From positions 6,262,001 to 6,326,000 of the forward strand of contig NC_087437.1 of NCBI RefSeq assembly GCF_036321535.1: a stretch of DNA of 64,000 bases. The letters are read 5' to 3'. The stretch is from Camelus dromedarius. Its lineage: Eukaryota. Positions 37,100-52,149 of the stretch are shown here, piece after piece (the stretch's first letter is position 1; every line of letters begins with the position of its first letter). The notes under the pieces are model-generated. The model was given only the letters and a program-made list of their open reading frames with translations, was not told the DNA's origin and did no database searches. A program made the position numbers and the translations under genes.

Positions 37100-37550
37100 A
37101 AAGATATTACTGATTCAAACTGAGGAAACTTGAAAGGGAAAGACCAAATGAAGCAAGAATTGAATAAATTTAATTTCAGACTTGTCGAATTTGAAGAATT
37201 TCATGGAATCCAAGTACAGAAATATCAAGTAAAGAGCTAGATAAATGGGTCTGGAGGTCCTAACAGTGACTGGAGCTGTCAACTTGAGAGTCACACGAAG
37301 TTGCTAACTGAAGTTCTGGACACAGATGAGACTGTCAAGAGGAATCTACAGTGACAGGAGAAAAGCGCTGGATCTTGATAAACTCGGACACTTAAGAACC
37401 AGGTAGAGGAAAATGAGCTCAGAGAGATGCGGGAATAAGTCAGGAAATAGGAAAATCAAGAATGTGGACTATCTCAGAAGCAAGGGCAAATACATATTTT
37501 AAAATGGGGAAAAGTCCAAGCTAAGATCTGAAAATGTCTACTGGAATGAT
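37100..37550 (-). mobile_element. L2 fragment
   Basis: tttaatttcagacttgtcgaatttgaag..gagctagataaatgggtctggag..cagatgagactgtc..tctcagaagcaagg. Confidence 0.55.
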
Positions 37551-38834
37551 CAAAGTATATTCTGCACAGTATAAGGTTATAAAAAGAGATCCACATTGTG
37601 AAGAATTTCAGTGTAAGGTCTGTATAAAGAGAGACAAATAGAAGAATTCATATTTCTAAAGTGTCTTTAAAGGGTATATGTAGAGAAAATTTTAAAAAGA
37701 AAATGAGAGGAGAAAGAGGCATCAAAAAAAAGGGAGAGTGGTCTAGACAAAGCTGAAACAATGGTCATTGCTGGGTAAAGAATTACAGGTAGTTTTAAAC
37801 TTAATATACTTCTCTATTGTTTGAATATTTTAACCGAAAACATGGAGCAAAAATATGTTAGCAAAAAATAAAGATTGTTTATTGGTTGCGGGGGGGAGAT
37901 CTACCAGACATTTCCTTTATGAGAAAACATTTCATAATTATTTAAAAGTTTAAAAAAATGTTCACAAGGGCTTTACACAGATCCATAGCATTCTAACTCT
38001 TTTATTATATCCATATTCTACAAAGTGAAATACATTTACTTATTCTTTTAACCAGCACTCATTACACATCTACTATGAATCACTCACTGTACTAAAAACA
38101 CTGGAGGTAAAAATATATTTAAGATACTAGCCCTAAGTCACAAGAGCCGATAATATAATAAATAACACTGACATGTAAATAAGTAATTATAATTCAGCTT
38201 GACAACTGTATATACAATGTGCCAAGGAATGTGTAAATTAGAGTATTTGATGAAAGAAATAAAATTTGAACTGAATCCTGAAGATTACAAAGGAGTCTCA
38301 GTCAAGGTCATTTTATTCAAAAGGAACAAAAGCAAAAGCAGAGAAGCATAAGGAAATGTTTGAGGAGTCTGAGTACTTGTAATAAATTTAAAGTCTGCAG
38401 CCACCCACTCTGCCCACATGTGCCCCCTCTCCCACTGGCCAGGACCTCGTCAAACCTTCATCTCTACCTTTAGCACTCAGCACATAAAAATGGTTATCTT
38501 TTCTTTTTTTCCCCCCATATATGCTTAAAAAAAATTACCATCTATCCATCAAATCATCAGTTCTCAAGTCTTGAACACCCTGTCTACAGATTATTTTGAA
38601 CCTATCACATTGCAATTAACACCCTACTGCTGAGTTAAAAAAAAGAAGAAAACAATAAAGTAAGTCAAAAAATCCAATATGGCTCAAATCAGTATCAAGT
38701 AATACGACTGATTTATCAACTACCACAGTTTCCTCATAGGTTTCACACACTACTATTGTAAGGAAAGAAAGCACCTTAATAATTCCAAAAGATAATCAGT
38801 ACTACCGTTTTCTTTGGAAAAGTTAAATATGTAC

Positions 38835-38842
38835 ATGCTTGG
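38835..38842 (-). CDS. 8-nt microexon (CCAAGCAT)
   Basis: ggactttctttcaacag|CCAAGCAT|gtacat; good acceptor, weak donor; supplies the phase 0 to 2 link the frame needs. Confidence 0.4.
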
Positions 38843-40958
38843 CTGTTGAAAGAAAGTCCTCCCAAAGAATAAAGTGGTGGGCCAGGGGTTGGGAGAACAA
38901 ACCCAAAAGAAAATCTCATTTCTAAAATAGCATTTCTATTTTCACTTGCTATTTCTGTTAACAATTACCAGATACTCATTTATTTATTTCCCCAGATTTG
39001 TTATTAAACAAAATAGCAAAGTATATGTATGGTATATTTCACATACATTTTTTCAAAAAAAAAAAAAGAAATCAAGTTATCTAGTCATTTATTTATAAAA
39101 GATAACTATCTTTTCTTTTTAAATTAATTAGAAGTTAATTAAATTTCTTCCATTTATTCATGTTTCAATTTAGTTTTCTTTTTGTGTGTAGAGATAAGTG
39201 CATGTTACACTTCATAAATGTTGCTAAAAATAAACAATTCCATATTGTTACAAAAGGTAAAGATGTTAAAAATTCAAACGTTCAAACTAAAGCTATATGT
39301 GTTCAAAATGAATAATAATTTTCTCCTTTGATATTCTCTTTAATTACCATAAATATAATCCAGCATCCTTCCTACATTATAACATTATAGCACAATATTT
39401 GAGATCAGTTTTTAAGCACTCAACATTCTAGGGGGAAAAAACCATGAAACTAAAGCCTCATTAAAGTGATAATTTCAGTTACACGAGCATTTCATACATA
39501 TTAAGAGTCCTGTATTACACATTTATAAGTCTACTGTGAACACGTGGAATCAGACACTGGATGTTAGAATATCACGCATCAAAAAGAATTAGTTCTGACA
39601 CCAAGAGACAAATATTATATATTTAAAAACTGACATGCTTTAAGTGCAGACAAACCAAAATATAAAAATAAGATAAAATAAGACTAACCCAAAACAATGC
39701 TACCTCCTGAAGGGAACACAGGTAACAGAAGGCCATAATTTTGAAGAGTGGATACCTATCAGGGGCCTCTCCAGAGCAAATACTGAAATTAGTAATAGTG
39801 AGTCAGGGCCTTCAGTTTACTTTTTGCTAGAAAACACTGACCAAGGTTTCTGAAATAAGAATCTTAAGAGATGGTAACCAAATGTACTTTCAAGTTAATG
39901 CTATTAAGGACTACAATAAATTTCAAACAAACTATGTAAGATTGAAAGATTACAATTTTAAGCTCTACCCTCCTTCTCCGCTTCTCCCTCCTCCCTGTTT
40001 TCCTCTCTCTCCAGACATATATGCATAACACATTTGTAAAATTAATTCATTTTAGGAAGCTGAGCTGGTAACACAAAAATTAATAAAACCTCGTATAAAC
40101 AAACTCAGAAGGCCTCTCTATTTAGTTGGCATTTACTTTTGGAATAAGGTAATTCTGTAGATCAACTTCACTAGACACCAGAGTCTGCTCTTAGATATTT
40201 TGGTAAACAAAAAATCTTGTCTTCCTGTTAAATTCAATAGGCAGAGACTCAAGAAATGTCTTGGAACTAAATAATCGAATCATCATCCCATTATTTCTCA
40301 TTCTCTAAATCATTACTATATATAAAACATCCCTATGCCTATACACTTTTACCAATAAATAGAAGTCTGATGCCCTGATGTTGTCCTAGCAAAATACACT
40401 AAGTGGCACACCAATTGTACAATTTGACAATACATTCCGCTGAAAAATAAAGAATCTTAAAAGTAATCCATTTTGTTTCTAAACAGACATCACTCGTCTC
40501 AGACTTTTTTGTCTTCAACATTTCCACAAAAGAAAAATTACCGAAAGTAGTGAATTGTTGCTAGTTCTTATTCGGGAGAATAACCTGACTAAAGCAGACC
40601 ACTCACTAATAAAGTGCAACTTAATAAATCATGTGGAATCTTATTTTGTTCAAACCCTTACTAACTCCTAGCACCATCTGTTACCATCAAAACTATATGA
40701 CAAGATATGATATATAATTAATAGGTAAACAACAATCTAATTAAAATGGACAAATACTCTATGTTCCTGCCATTTGGGAGCTCTAATTACAGACTAAATT
40801 TTAAGCTTGAATTAAATATTTAAGCTGGAAAATTAACTTTCCTTCTCGAGCCTTGAATACATTAATACAGATATGTGAAGCGACTTCCTGATGGGAACTT
40901 AAACATGTAATTTAGTTTCATCAAAGCAGTTACTAATTGTTAAGCAGCAGTACCTTAC

Positions 40959-40984
40959 CATATGTACACAATAGCTATTTAGAG
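40959..40984 (-). CDS. 26-nt exon, (A/T)LNSYCVHM
   Basis: aaccaccttttcag|CTCTAAATAGCTATTGTGTACATATG|gtaagg; only the phase 1 to 0 frame is open. Confidence 0.55.
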
Positions 40985-41324
40985 CTGAAAAGGTGGTTCT
41001 AAAGCACCCCTCTGCAACCCTTTCCTGACATAAATATAAAATGTATATACAGCACAGCAGTAAATACTGCACACTGAAAATAAATTACTGAGAGTCTTCA
41101 GTGTTCGCTGCTTCTGGAGACAATTAGAAATTGGTCTAAATAAACAAAATACACCTATATTTGACGAGGTAAAAACCACCCACAAGTGTAAAAGGCCAGA
41201 AGATACTAAAGAACAAAAAGGGTCCAGCTATAAAATTCTTAGATTACACAAAATGAATTAAAAACTCCGAACTACTGAACCAAAATAACGAGTTAAGACA
41301 GTACACTAATTCTTTCTTTCCCAC

Positions 41325-41331
41325 CTCTTCC
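41325..41331 (-). CDS. 7-nt microexon (GGAAGAG)
   Basis: ttacccccgtctgctgtattctatgcag|GGAAGAG|gtggga. Confidence 0.45.
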
Positions 41332-42239
41332 CTGCATAGAATACAGCAGACGGGGGTAATAATGTCCTAGAGAGCATTTAGAAAGGTGACAACTTAAATG
41401 TGACCCTTTTTCTACATTTTTCACTCATTTTTAAATGTAGCAAGAAAAGATTTCAAAACAAATGACCCTAAGAGGCACCTGTTTTAAGAAAATAACTTCT
41501 ACAAGAATGTAAGAAATATACTAAATCGCTATTGTATATTGAGCAAATAGAGAAAAGAAGAAATTGCTAAAGAAAGGTCTGTATCACTCTTTAAAAAGTA
41601 AGTTATTTTAAATCTTTATAAATACAAACACTGGCAGGTCAAATATATTAACACAGTTTGGTTATGAAAAGAGAACACTGTCAAGGGGTTGTTGGAAACT
41701 TGTTTTGTTTATATATTTAATGTTTCTTTGTTAAGCATTAAATAGCATTTCACTTTAAGGTTATACTAAAAATTACATGATTTTTATAATTACATGGAAA
41801 TAGTTCTAAACTATATATATTATACTGTTTAACATTCAAGGCCAATGACAAATATATTAACACTTGCTTATATTAAATTTCCTATATTTGACATTTTCAC
41901 CAGAATTTAAGTGGATTAAAATGTAAATCATAAAAAGATATGCATTTAAAAATGAAAAGGAAATTTTATTCTGTTTTGACAACAGGAAATATATTTACTG
42001 TTTTACAGTTCATTATTCTTATTCTGGATTTTTGCTCAAGAAGTTTGTCTATTTTTTCCTGCCAATATTTCCTTATCTCTATTTGCTCCAAAAGTTGCAA
42101 AATTGTACTCATGCTTAAATATTTACTTATATAAACTACAGGACATTTGAAGTTCCTAGTATATTAGTAATCCCTAACTATCTGAATATGAAGGTCCTTC
42201 TTTTAATTTCAAAAAATACCACAGATTTGTTACAAGGAT

Positions 42240-42390
42240 GAAATGTATAGCACAGGGAATATAGTCAATATCTTAGAATACCTTTGTATGGAGTATAAAT
42301 CTATAGAATATCAAGTTACTATGTTGTACACCTAAAACTAACATAATACTATAAATCAACTAGACTTTAGTAATAAATGAATAAATAAAA
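42240..42390 (+). mobile_element. L1 3'-terminal fragment
   Basis: tatagcacagggaatatagtcaatatc..tatgttgtacacctaaaactaacataatactataaatcaacta followed by an A-rich tail. Confidence 0.8.
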
Positions 42391-43834
42391 TTTTTTAAAG
42401 AATAAAGGTTTTGTAAATTTTATAGGTGGAAAAAAAATCAAAGGTCTGCCCTATACACACATAAATAAATGTATTTTCAGTCTCCTCTGACAAAATACAC
42501 TAACTAAATACATGGATGTACATGGGTTTAAAGATGCTTTGTCATTCCCCTCAAGATTCACAATGATTTGCATCTATAGACTGGCAAATACCCACAGAAA
42601 GGAAACAAGGACACTCTCTGAACAATTCTTTGACATGAATATTTATTTTCATGTTATTCTGTATCACACAAAAAGATTAGCAAATGAGGGACAATAGGTA
42701 AATATTATTGAGAGATTAAAAACTCTGTCCTAAAGATTTGATGGATATACAAAATATGCCTGATTCACATTTAAGCAGCATGGTTCTTTTCTAATATTAG
42801 ATCAGTCAAGTGGAAGATAACAGAAGTTCCTCCATAATGCAGGCTAGAAAAGTCTATTCAATTTTATTTAAAATCTGTATGCTGTAAAAGTGCATGCCAT
42901 GGAATTTACCAGGATGACAACCATACAGATATGAAATTCATGACATATTGATTCAACATACTGAACTGGTTTTTAAAACCAATTTATATAAATGATTATA
43001 ATAGTCTATATTATGTTTAGCCCTTGAGGCATATGGTAGTAAACTTCAATTTAATTTTAAATAAATTTACATAAATATAAAAAGTTCAGTAATTTTTATC
43101 CACACTGCATATGAAATAGAACAAATTAAAAAACAAGAGGATTATAATTTTATAAATGCACTTGAGGCCAAAGTTCAAACAGACCAGAAATCTAAGTTTA
43201 TTTCTTAAAAAAAAAATCAAAGACTGACTGACTTTTATAGGACAAAAATGAAAAAGAAAGTCATCAAGGGAGAAGGCACCACTGAATATTAGGCAGTAAG
43301 TATATAAATGTGTATATAAATATACATTTAGCAGTAAATATGATTTACATTTACTATATATTCTTTAAAAATTAATGTAAGTCAAAAAACCTCACACTGA
43401 TGTATGGCAGTCATGTATTTAGATGAAACTACTAATTAAGACAGGAATACAGGAAATCCCTTTGGAGAACTTACGCAATTTCCAAAATGAAAATATTTTT
43501 AAAGTACATCAAGTTTTCCTTGATACATATATGAAAGTCAGAAGGGCTCAAGCTCTGATTAACTTGGAAACTAAGAGAGAAAACACACAGGTTCTGAACA
43601 TGGAGCATAGACACTGTGTATGTGAAATTAAGCAGTCTTGATAAGAATAATTTGCACCTTTACCTCTCACCTCATCCCTGTTCTAGCATAATCAAATGCC
43701 CATATATACAGAAATTCTAGATAAAACAAAAGCCAAGCTATGATTCTGAAATCTGGAGTTTATTGTTTCAGATTATCAGAGGCATTTCCAAATAACTATC
43801 ATTTGCCAGTTGCTCTACAGATATATATATATTT

Positions 43835-44662
43835 TATTTATATCGTTATTTTAAATTGAAGTATAGTCAGTTTACAATGTTGTGTCAATTTCTGGTGCAC
43901 AGCATCATGTTTCAGTCATACATATACATATATATATTCCTTTTCATATTCTTTTTCATTATAGGTTACTACAAGATACTGAATAGAGTTCCCTTTGCTG
44001 TACAGCAGAAATTTGTTGCTTATATATTTTATATATAGTAGTTAGTATCTGCAAATCTCGAACTCCCAATTTATCCCTTCCCACCTGTTTTCCCCCCTAG
44101 TAACAATAAATTTGTTTTCTATGTGAGTCTGTTTCTGTTTTGTAAATAAGTTCATTTGTGTCATTTTTTTTTTTTAAGATTCCACATATAAGTGATACCA
44201 TATGGTATTTTTCTTTCTCTTTCTGGTTTACTTAGATTGATCTCCAGGTCCACCTATCTTGCTGCAAATAGCATTATTTCATTCTATTTTATGGATAAGC
44301 AGTATTCCATTATATATATATACCACATATATATATCCATTATACATATTTATATTCCATTTTATACACGCACACACATACACACACCATTGCTTCTTTA
44401 GCCAGTCATCTATCGATGGACAGTAAGTTGTTTCCATGAGTTGGCTATTTTAAATAGTGCTTCTGTGAACATTGGGGTGCATGTATCTTTTCAAATCAGA
44501 GTTCCCTCAGGATATATACCCAGGAGTGGGATTGCTGGATCATATGGTAAGCCTATTTTCAGTTTTTTAAGGAATCTCCATACTGTTTTCCATAATGGCT
44601 GAACCAAACTACATTCCCAACAGTGTAAGAAGGTTTCCTGTTCTCCACACTCTCCCCAGGGT
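43835..44662 (-). mobile_element. Lineage-specific (cetartiodactyl/camelid-type) L1 3' end
   Basis: ttgaagtatagtcagtttacaatgttgtgtcaatttctggtg..cccaggagtgggattgctggatcatatggtaag..ttctccacactctcc. Confidence 0.9.
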
Positions 44663-45999
44663 TTACTGTTTGTTTTCTAATTCTTGAAATCATAGAAGAG
44701 GAAACTGTCCCACAGAGATGAGTTATCTTGCCTGAAGTCACACAACTGGAACTCAGCTCTCTGATGCCAAACATCGTTCTATTTATGACACTATTTTCTC
44801 CAACATTTTATTCTGAAAATTTTTAAAGTTCAGAAAAGTTTGAAAGAATGTTACAGTGAACATTCATATATCCACCACCTAGATTATATAGCTGATATTT
44901 TACTATATTTGTTTTATAATTTACTTACCCATCTACCTATAGATTACAGATGCTATTACTTTTTCAACATTTATTACAAACATTGTCAAATACACAGAAA
45001 AGGTGAAATAATTTTACAGTGAACACCCTCCTAGAATCTTCTATTACATTTTAGTTTACCTGCTTTATAATGTCTATTTGTCCATCTTCCTATCAATCCA
45101 TCTTATTTATTGAATTATTTTAATTATCTAAATTATTTGTTACAACTCCTGATTCCCTTCTGCTAAAGGACAGCTACTGAAAAGTTGTTTGTTTGTGTTT
45201 AAAACTGTTATCTTCCCTTTACTGCTTTCAGTTCAAGAAATGTTTGGCTAGACATGCTTAGAATGTTTTGTTACTTCTCTAAACTTTCTATCTGGTATAA
45301 AGACACAAACCCTCCAGGAGAGGAGAACTCACTTGTTTCTCTTTTGAGAAAAAAAGAAGACAAAGATACAAATATTTTCTTAGGTTATTAGAGAAACTGA
45401 AAAAAACAACCCATTTAAAAAAAGTTCTTAGGGGAAAAAACCGTCAGATGCAGTTAATTTAGTTAAGAAACAATATTCAAGTGGCTCTGAAACTTTACTT
45501 TGCAGAAAAGGTAACACCACTAAAGCTAGGTAATTATGATGTCTGTATAGTCTTTCCTGGTGTCCATGGCTGTGATTCTATGCTGTATAGCTGTCACCTT
45601 CCACTGGTAAAAATTTTACTAATTCACATGATGGAATTTAAAAGCACCAGAATTTCATGAAGTTTGGCTATTAATCTAAACTAATAAACCACTTTCTCTT
45701 CGCAATTCCCTCTGTCCTTAAGCCCCCTCACTCCCTCACTCAGTACAAATGTCTTCAGACTCACTGAAACACCTAGTTTTTTGACCTCATTTAATTTCAG
45801 TCCCTTATTCCTCCCCTAGGTTCACTTCCTTCCCTATCAGAATGGACTATCTGGTCAGAAGCTTTCCCTCCTTACTCCTGCTTCCTTTCTCTATCTTCCA
45901 AAGGCTTCCCCCATCAATTTCCTAAAACTTCCATTTCTGTCTTGACATCTGCTTCATGGAGGATCTGAACTGTCACATTCACTTTTTCTTATTTCCAGC

Positions 46000-47660
46000 A
46001 TTATCAGTTAAAAAAAATTAGCCCTCCTCCTTGAAAAACGAATCCCTCTACTAGCCTTGGCTCCAGATCTGTGTCATCTTTTCATAGCCTTTGCTTCAAA
46101 TTTAACTGCTTTAACTTGCTTTCTCTCCTGCTTCATCCCCTTCTCTCTCCTCCTGGCCCCTTTTCATCAACATGTAAAAAAATTCACAAGTCTCTCCTAA
46201 ATTAAGAACAACAAACTCCTTCAGCCCTGCAGCGGTCTGTAACAGCCAGCTTTTCATAGGAATATTCTCTATGAAATAGTACCATTCACTGGCAATCTAC
46301 GACGTCTCGTTTCCCATTTATAAATCAGCCACCCTGTGTGCTGACTTATGTCCCCACCACTCACCCAGGGCCATCACATTCAAGGAGCCCCTTGAAGCCC
46401 TTCACTTCTGACCTGTGTCCATCACCCTCTCCTCCCTGTTGATGTCTCCAGCTCTGCCTTCAGTCGCACCATCATTCACTGTGTCCCTCTATTTCCTCAA
46501 CCCATTCCTCTGTTCTCATCATGCTGTTTGAGAGCAGTCAACTGGCCCAGGTCCTCTCCTCATCACTACCTATAATCCCTGGGCAGTCTTGCACACACCC
46601 AACAAATACATTCATTTATGTTTGTTTTTCCCAACACTTGGGAAATGCTCAGCAAATACTTTTTAAATAAACTCATGCAAAAATGTATGTTAATGATTCC
46701 AAGCACATATCTTTTACTGTACTGATCTCCTAGGCTTGAGAAATCCACATATTCAACCATCTCCTAAATAACTTTACTCAACAAGATGCCTAAACAGAAG
46801 TTACCGTCTTCACCTTCAAGATGGTCTTCTTGTGCTCTCTAAGGAATGACACCACCAGCAACCACTGGCTCAAGCCAGATACCTGTATTTTCCTCTTGAC
46901 CCCCTCACATCCAATCACCTGTTAAATCCAGTCAATTCTACTCCTAAATTAGTCCCTTCTTCTCCCTTTCTCCTGACCCTGACTTAACTTAGTGTCTCAA
47001 TTCTTCCCTGACCTCCTGCAATAGTCTCCTACCTGGTATTCTGGCTCTCGAGAGCTCCCTCCAATTCACTTCTACGCTTAAATGTCACTTAAGTGCTCTT
47101 TCTAAATTCAAATCTGATCACACCACTCCTTGGCTTAACTCCTTCAGTTAGTCACAATGCCTCGCACTGCAATCTGAGGCTCTTTCTACCCCATCTGTCT
47201 TCCTTCCTCTTCTCTTTTTTCCTCTAAGAAAAAAAAAAAAAGCCCAAACTCTTAGCATAATCCACAGGACTCTTGAAACATCTAGATTCTATATCTGCAG
47301 TCTCAGATCTCAATATTACACAACATGCAAACTTGAAATATTGCCATCATTCCCAGGCCACTGCAGGGACTTCCCTCTGCCTGGAGTGTCTGTCTTAATG
47401 CTTCTCACACACAGCTCAGTCTGCACCCCTCTCTCGAAGTCTCTTTGGAACCAGCCCCTCGACCCACCTCCAGGCTGTTTAAATACTTTTTCTGGGGTTC
47501 ACTATCTCTGTCACCTCATTCACCACACTTGATGTTAATTATTTTTTAACTGCCATTCTCCCTCCTGTAAACTGTAAGCAAGCTCCTAAGGGAAGAAAAA
47601 ATCATACAGAAATACTATTTGCTAACAGGTAACTATGCAAAAAGTTTTGTAGAACGAAAA
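46000..47660 (+). mobile_element. L2 LINE fragments
   Basis: ctcaagccagatacc..tcacatccaatca..ctgcaatagtctcct..caaatctgatcacaccactcct..aactgtaagc. Confidence 0.65.
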
Positions 47661-47759
47661 AAGAAGGAAGGAAGAAAATATCCTTAGTATCTCAATAAAT
47701 CTGTTAATTATTTTACAAAATAAATAGAACTCATACTTGCTGATTCCCATCTTCACCCT

Positions 47760-48163
47760 TGTGATGGTTAATTTCACACGTCAACCTGACAGGGCTAAGG
47801 GATGCCAAGGCAGCTGGTAAAACGTCACAGTTGGGTGTGTCTGCGTGCGTGTCCCCTAAGAGATTAGCATCTGAATCAGACTGAGTAAGAAGATGCCCTC
47901 ACCAATGTGAGTGGGCATCACCCAATACATCAAGGGCCTGAATACAACAAAGAGGCGAAGGAAGGGCAAATTCATGCTTAGCTTAAGCTGAGATAACGAC
48001 TCAGACCAGGATTTAGGCCATCACCCCAATTCTCAGGCCTTCAGAGTCAAAAAGAACCACACATCGTAGGTCTTCCTGGTTCCTCAGCTGGCGCGAAGTA
48101 GATCATGCATTTTCTACACATATATCCTTTTGGTTCTGTTCCTCTGGAGAACTCTGACTAATA
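47760..48163 (+). mobile_element. MLT2 (ERVL) solo LTR
   Basis: tgtgatggttaatttcacacgtcaacctgac...tggttctgttcctctggagaactctgactaata. Confidence 0.85.
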
Positions 48164-51100
48164 AGCCCACAGTGCAGGATGCCAGGCCCCTATAAACTGT
48201 TCCCAGAACATTTCTGGGAGTCTCTGAAGTATCTCACACGTGTTCACAAGCAACACTAGCCAGCCAACAGCCCCCTCCAGGGGCACATCTATCACTCTCC
48301 TCTCTTTGTGCCTCTCGGTGTAGCATTTGAGGTCTGCTGGTTCCAGCCCTCCAAATTAAGCCCAAGGGAGAGGGGGGTCTCCTCTACTCCCGAGCCTTTG
48401 CTCTGTACTGCTGGTCACTGGTCGTGACTGTCACCTACGGCACCATGCAGCTTCTTCAGAAACCCTCACACCAAGCCGTACTTCACCTCCGCCCTAACCA
48501 CTGCTTGTCAAGTACCCACGGCATCCCCATCTCTCTAACACAACAGCACAGTGCGGTCCGTAAAAGGCGTCACTCGGGGGACTGTGGCCAAAAGGCGGAA
48601 AGAATGCTTTTCTATAGGACTCTCAGTTTAGAGAGTACAGGGCAGTGAGACTTGTCCCCACGCATCTTACAGTATTTCTTCTTACTCTCTTGTTCTTTCT
48701 AACATTTTCTTCCCTCACAGCCCAGCTATCCTTCCATCTCCACAGGTCTCTGACACAAGGCCTGGAGACCTGACCAGAAAACAAAACTGACCCCAGGCTG
48801 AATTCAGAAATGCTCCTTCTCTAACAACTGAGACCGTATCACCAGGTCTGGCCCTTTACTCTATTTTTTCTTGAAAAAAATTCACTTCTGTTTCTACACG
48901 TCAAAGACTACCACCAGTTGCACTGGTCACCACACCCCAGATGCAGCTGAACTCCTGCAATGAACACAAGTGAGGGTCACGCTGGGAACAAGCTCTCCAG
49001 AAAGAGTCTTAAACACTAAAACAAAACACAGAACTCCTGCAACATGGAATACCCTTTCTTACACCATGTTTCTCATACTTACTATACTCCATTAAAGACT
49101 TAACATTAAAATTTCTGAATTATACATGCCAAAGCAGCTTTCCCACTCAGAAATAGAAATCTTCCTTTGAGGAAGTACCTCAGAAATTAACCTTTTTCTC
49201 TGAATTTCAGTGTGATGAGGCCATCAGTGTCACACCACCTACCCCGCAGGACATCAGGCAGTGAAGACATCCCCTGCCTATCAGCATCCCAGAAGGCACT
49301 TCCAGACTGACACCATGGCGGAAGAGGAAGAGCCAGTAGTCGCTGGCCTGGACGGGGTCACCAGAAGGGAGGACTCATTCTTTATGCCGTGAGAACGTCA
49401 GGGAAGAACAGTTACTTTTCTGGATTCAGCTCCATACTGGATTCAGAATAATGTGCAATGAATATCAGTATTACTGGTAGCTCAATTTCATTCAAAAACT
49501 GACATACATTTAGAAATTAAATTCCTGGCTTTATAAACATGATGAATAAGCAAAGACTTTAGGTTAATTTATTTTTCCCACAAGCACTTTATGGAAGAAA
49601 ATCTTCCTCAAAGCTCCATTACTAACAAATTCCAAAGTGCTCAGTCACTAAAAATAGAGCTCCTTATTTTTCCTCATCTATTTTGATACTTTTAGCCATC
49701 TCATAAATTGCATTTTTTTTTTTTTTGGATTTTAGCAACCTATCCCCCTAGAATTTTTTTATTTTGGTGAAGAAAAAAATGTATGTATACATATGATTAA
49801 AATTGTATGACTTTAAAAATTGATCTAGAGAACAAATACATCTAAAACTTAAAAAAAAAAAAAGATACCCAAGGGAGGGTGGGGGAAGAGGCTTTAAATG
49901 CATAAAGGAAATAAAAATGGACAAGGATAGAGGTGGGATGGTATAGATTTCAGGCGATTTTAAGCACTGGATAATTTTAATCTAGAAGGAAGGTCTCAAT
50001 TCAGTTATAAATATATTTTAAAAAATAGCACACTATTCTCTCACAGAATCTGGATTCTGGCATTTTTGAAACAAGCAACGACAATTGGGGCGAGGGAGGG
50101 GACCCTCTCTCCTTATGTTGCATTTATTCAATTTGTGGAGTCCTACTGCAGGTGGTCCTTAAGACAATAACATAAAAGACTTCTAAAACAAAATGGATAA
50201 ATATGACCAATTATTTAAAATCTAGGCAGTTTTTTAAAACTCTTTCTATTCAGAGCATCCAATTATCTACAAGATACATACAAGCTGCAGTGCAAGCCAT
50301 TATGATTGATTGATTGATTGATTTTAAACAAAAATACTAGCACATATAGACACAAAATGAATCTTATCTCCCTTCAAAATATCCAGTTTGGGCAGCTATA
50401 CATCACCTCCACTGAATTCAAAAAGAGGTATTCTAAAATACTTTTATTAATAGAGTATACATGCATCTTCCCAAGGGGACTACTTCAAAGGAAATAACAC
50501 ACATTTGAATAAATAGTCTCTGATATATTTATTAAAAAATTGACCTCACTAATTTATAGTCAAATGTAATACAGAAAACTTTAAAGATATAAAGTTCTCT
50601 GAACAAACACATTTTCATATGAAATTTACACATTTAAAATAAATCTTTTCCTGCCACCACTAGTAAGAAAATGGAAAGTGATAAGGGACAGAAAGGTAAA
50701 TATCAAAGTCAAATAAGTATAAAAGGCCATTATATTTGCTACCTTTTGAGAATTAAGTTACCTACTGAGGTAAAAAAAACTTCAAATTTATAGTAAACAT
50801 TCTATAACAAACAGCAACAAATTCCTTGAGGGTAGTCTGTAAAATCTGCACATATGAATTTCTCATGTTTTACAAAGCTTTATTTGTACTTTTAGTTGTA
50901 GTATATGCAAAAGTATTTCCAACTAATAAACAATTCATAAAAAAAAGCAACCCATCTTGAAATAATAGTACTTCTAGAAAACCAAACTACTGTCGATTGT
51001 AGTTTAGCACTTAAAGGACAGTAATTTTTACTCTATGCAGTGATCTGAAATAGATATAATTAAGAACTAACTTGTAACTTGTAATTACTGTATCTATGCA

Positions 51101-52149
51101 TCTATAGAAACATCCACACATTTTAAAATATATATATATTTTCTTCAATTCATCTTAATCTTACAGCTCTTCCCAAAGTGGTTTTTATTTAAAAAAATTT
51201 TAATACACGGCATGTGATTTTACCCTTTTTTGTTTATTTGTTATAAAAATGGTTCAAAATAAATATTTTGACCACAAACCCTGGGTGTTCAATGCCTTCA
51301 ATCAAACCACTGCAATTAATATGAAATTCTAAATACAGAATATAATGCCACATAAATAGTATAACAGCCAAGTCCTGTCTAAGAAGCCATATGTTTTTTC
51401 CCATTGTTCAAAAAAAGGAGATGACTTCCCGTCACTTATGTTTCTGATTAGCAAGGTGATTTATGCCACAATCACTAAAAATGCCAGCAAGTGAATGAGA
51501 AAATGCATAGTGACTGCACCAGATGTGCACAATAAACAGGGATCCCATTGTAATCTCTGGTACTTAGTTTATATGAAGGTAATGTAGGAAACACTCTTGG
51601 AGATGGCAAAGTCACTCTTTTTTTACATTTGACTATAAATGATACGAAATAAATTGTGTGTTTTATACTTTATGGCATGCATACATTGATAAATTAGGTG
51701 GCGTTTTGTATCCCGACTTATCTACAAGACAAACCTGGCTAAGATCATGGGGATTAATTGCTTCAGAAGTGTGAAATGCAGCTTTTCCATTCTTTTCTGC
51801 ACACTCAGTGAAGAAACAATGATTAATCACTGTTTAACTATTCTCTTGAGGATCTACAAGATTGCCAAAGCAGGACTTATCCTCATAAATCCAAAAAATA
51901 CAGGTTTAGATTTGTTGCCAACAACTGAATGAACATGAACTTAAACCCATTTGTTATCAGATTAAAAGAATGTCAAGGTTTTAGAACCCCACTGGTACAC
52001 AACTCCCTTTTAATCAGGGACTTCAACAGGAAATGCGATTAACACGTAAGATGTAACAAAAGCACGTGTATCTTACAAAAGTAATAATAAACTTATATTT
52101 TATTATGAAATATCCTCAGCCTACTAATGTCAAACATACTACTGAACTT

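Noticed and set aside
29833..40984. CV...DHHC in the spliced peptide suggests a ZDHHC palmitoyltransferase
   Set aside because: Spacing is wrong: there is no HHCxxCxxCVxxxDHHCPWxxNCVG pattern and no transmembrane helices.
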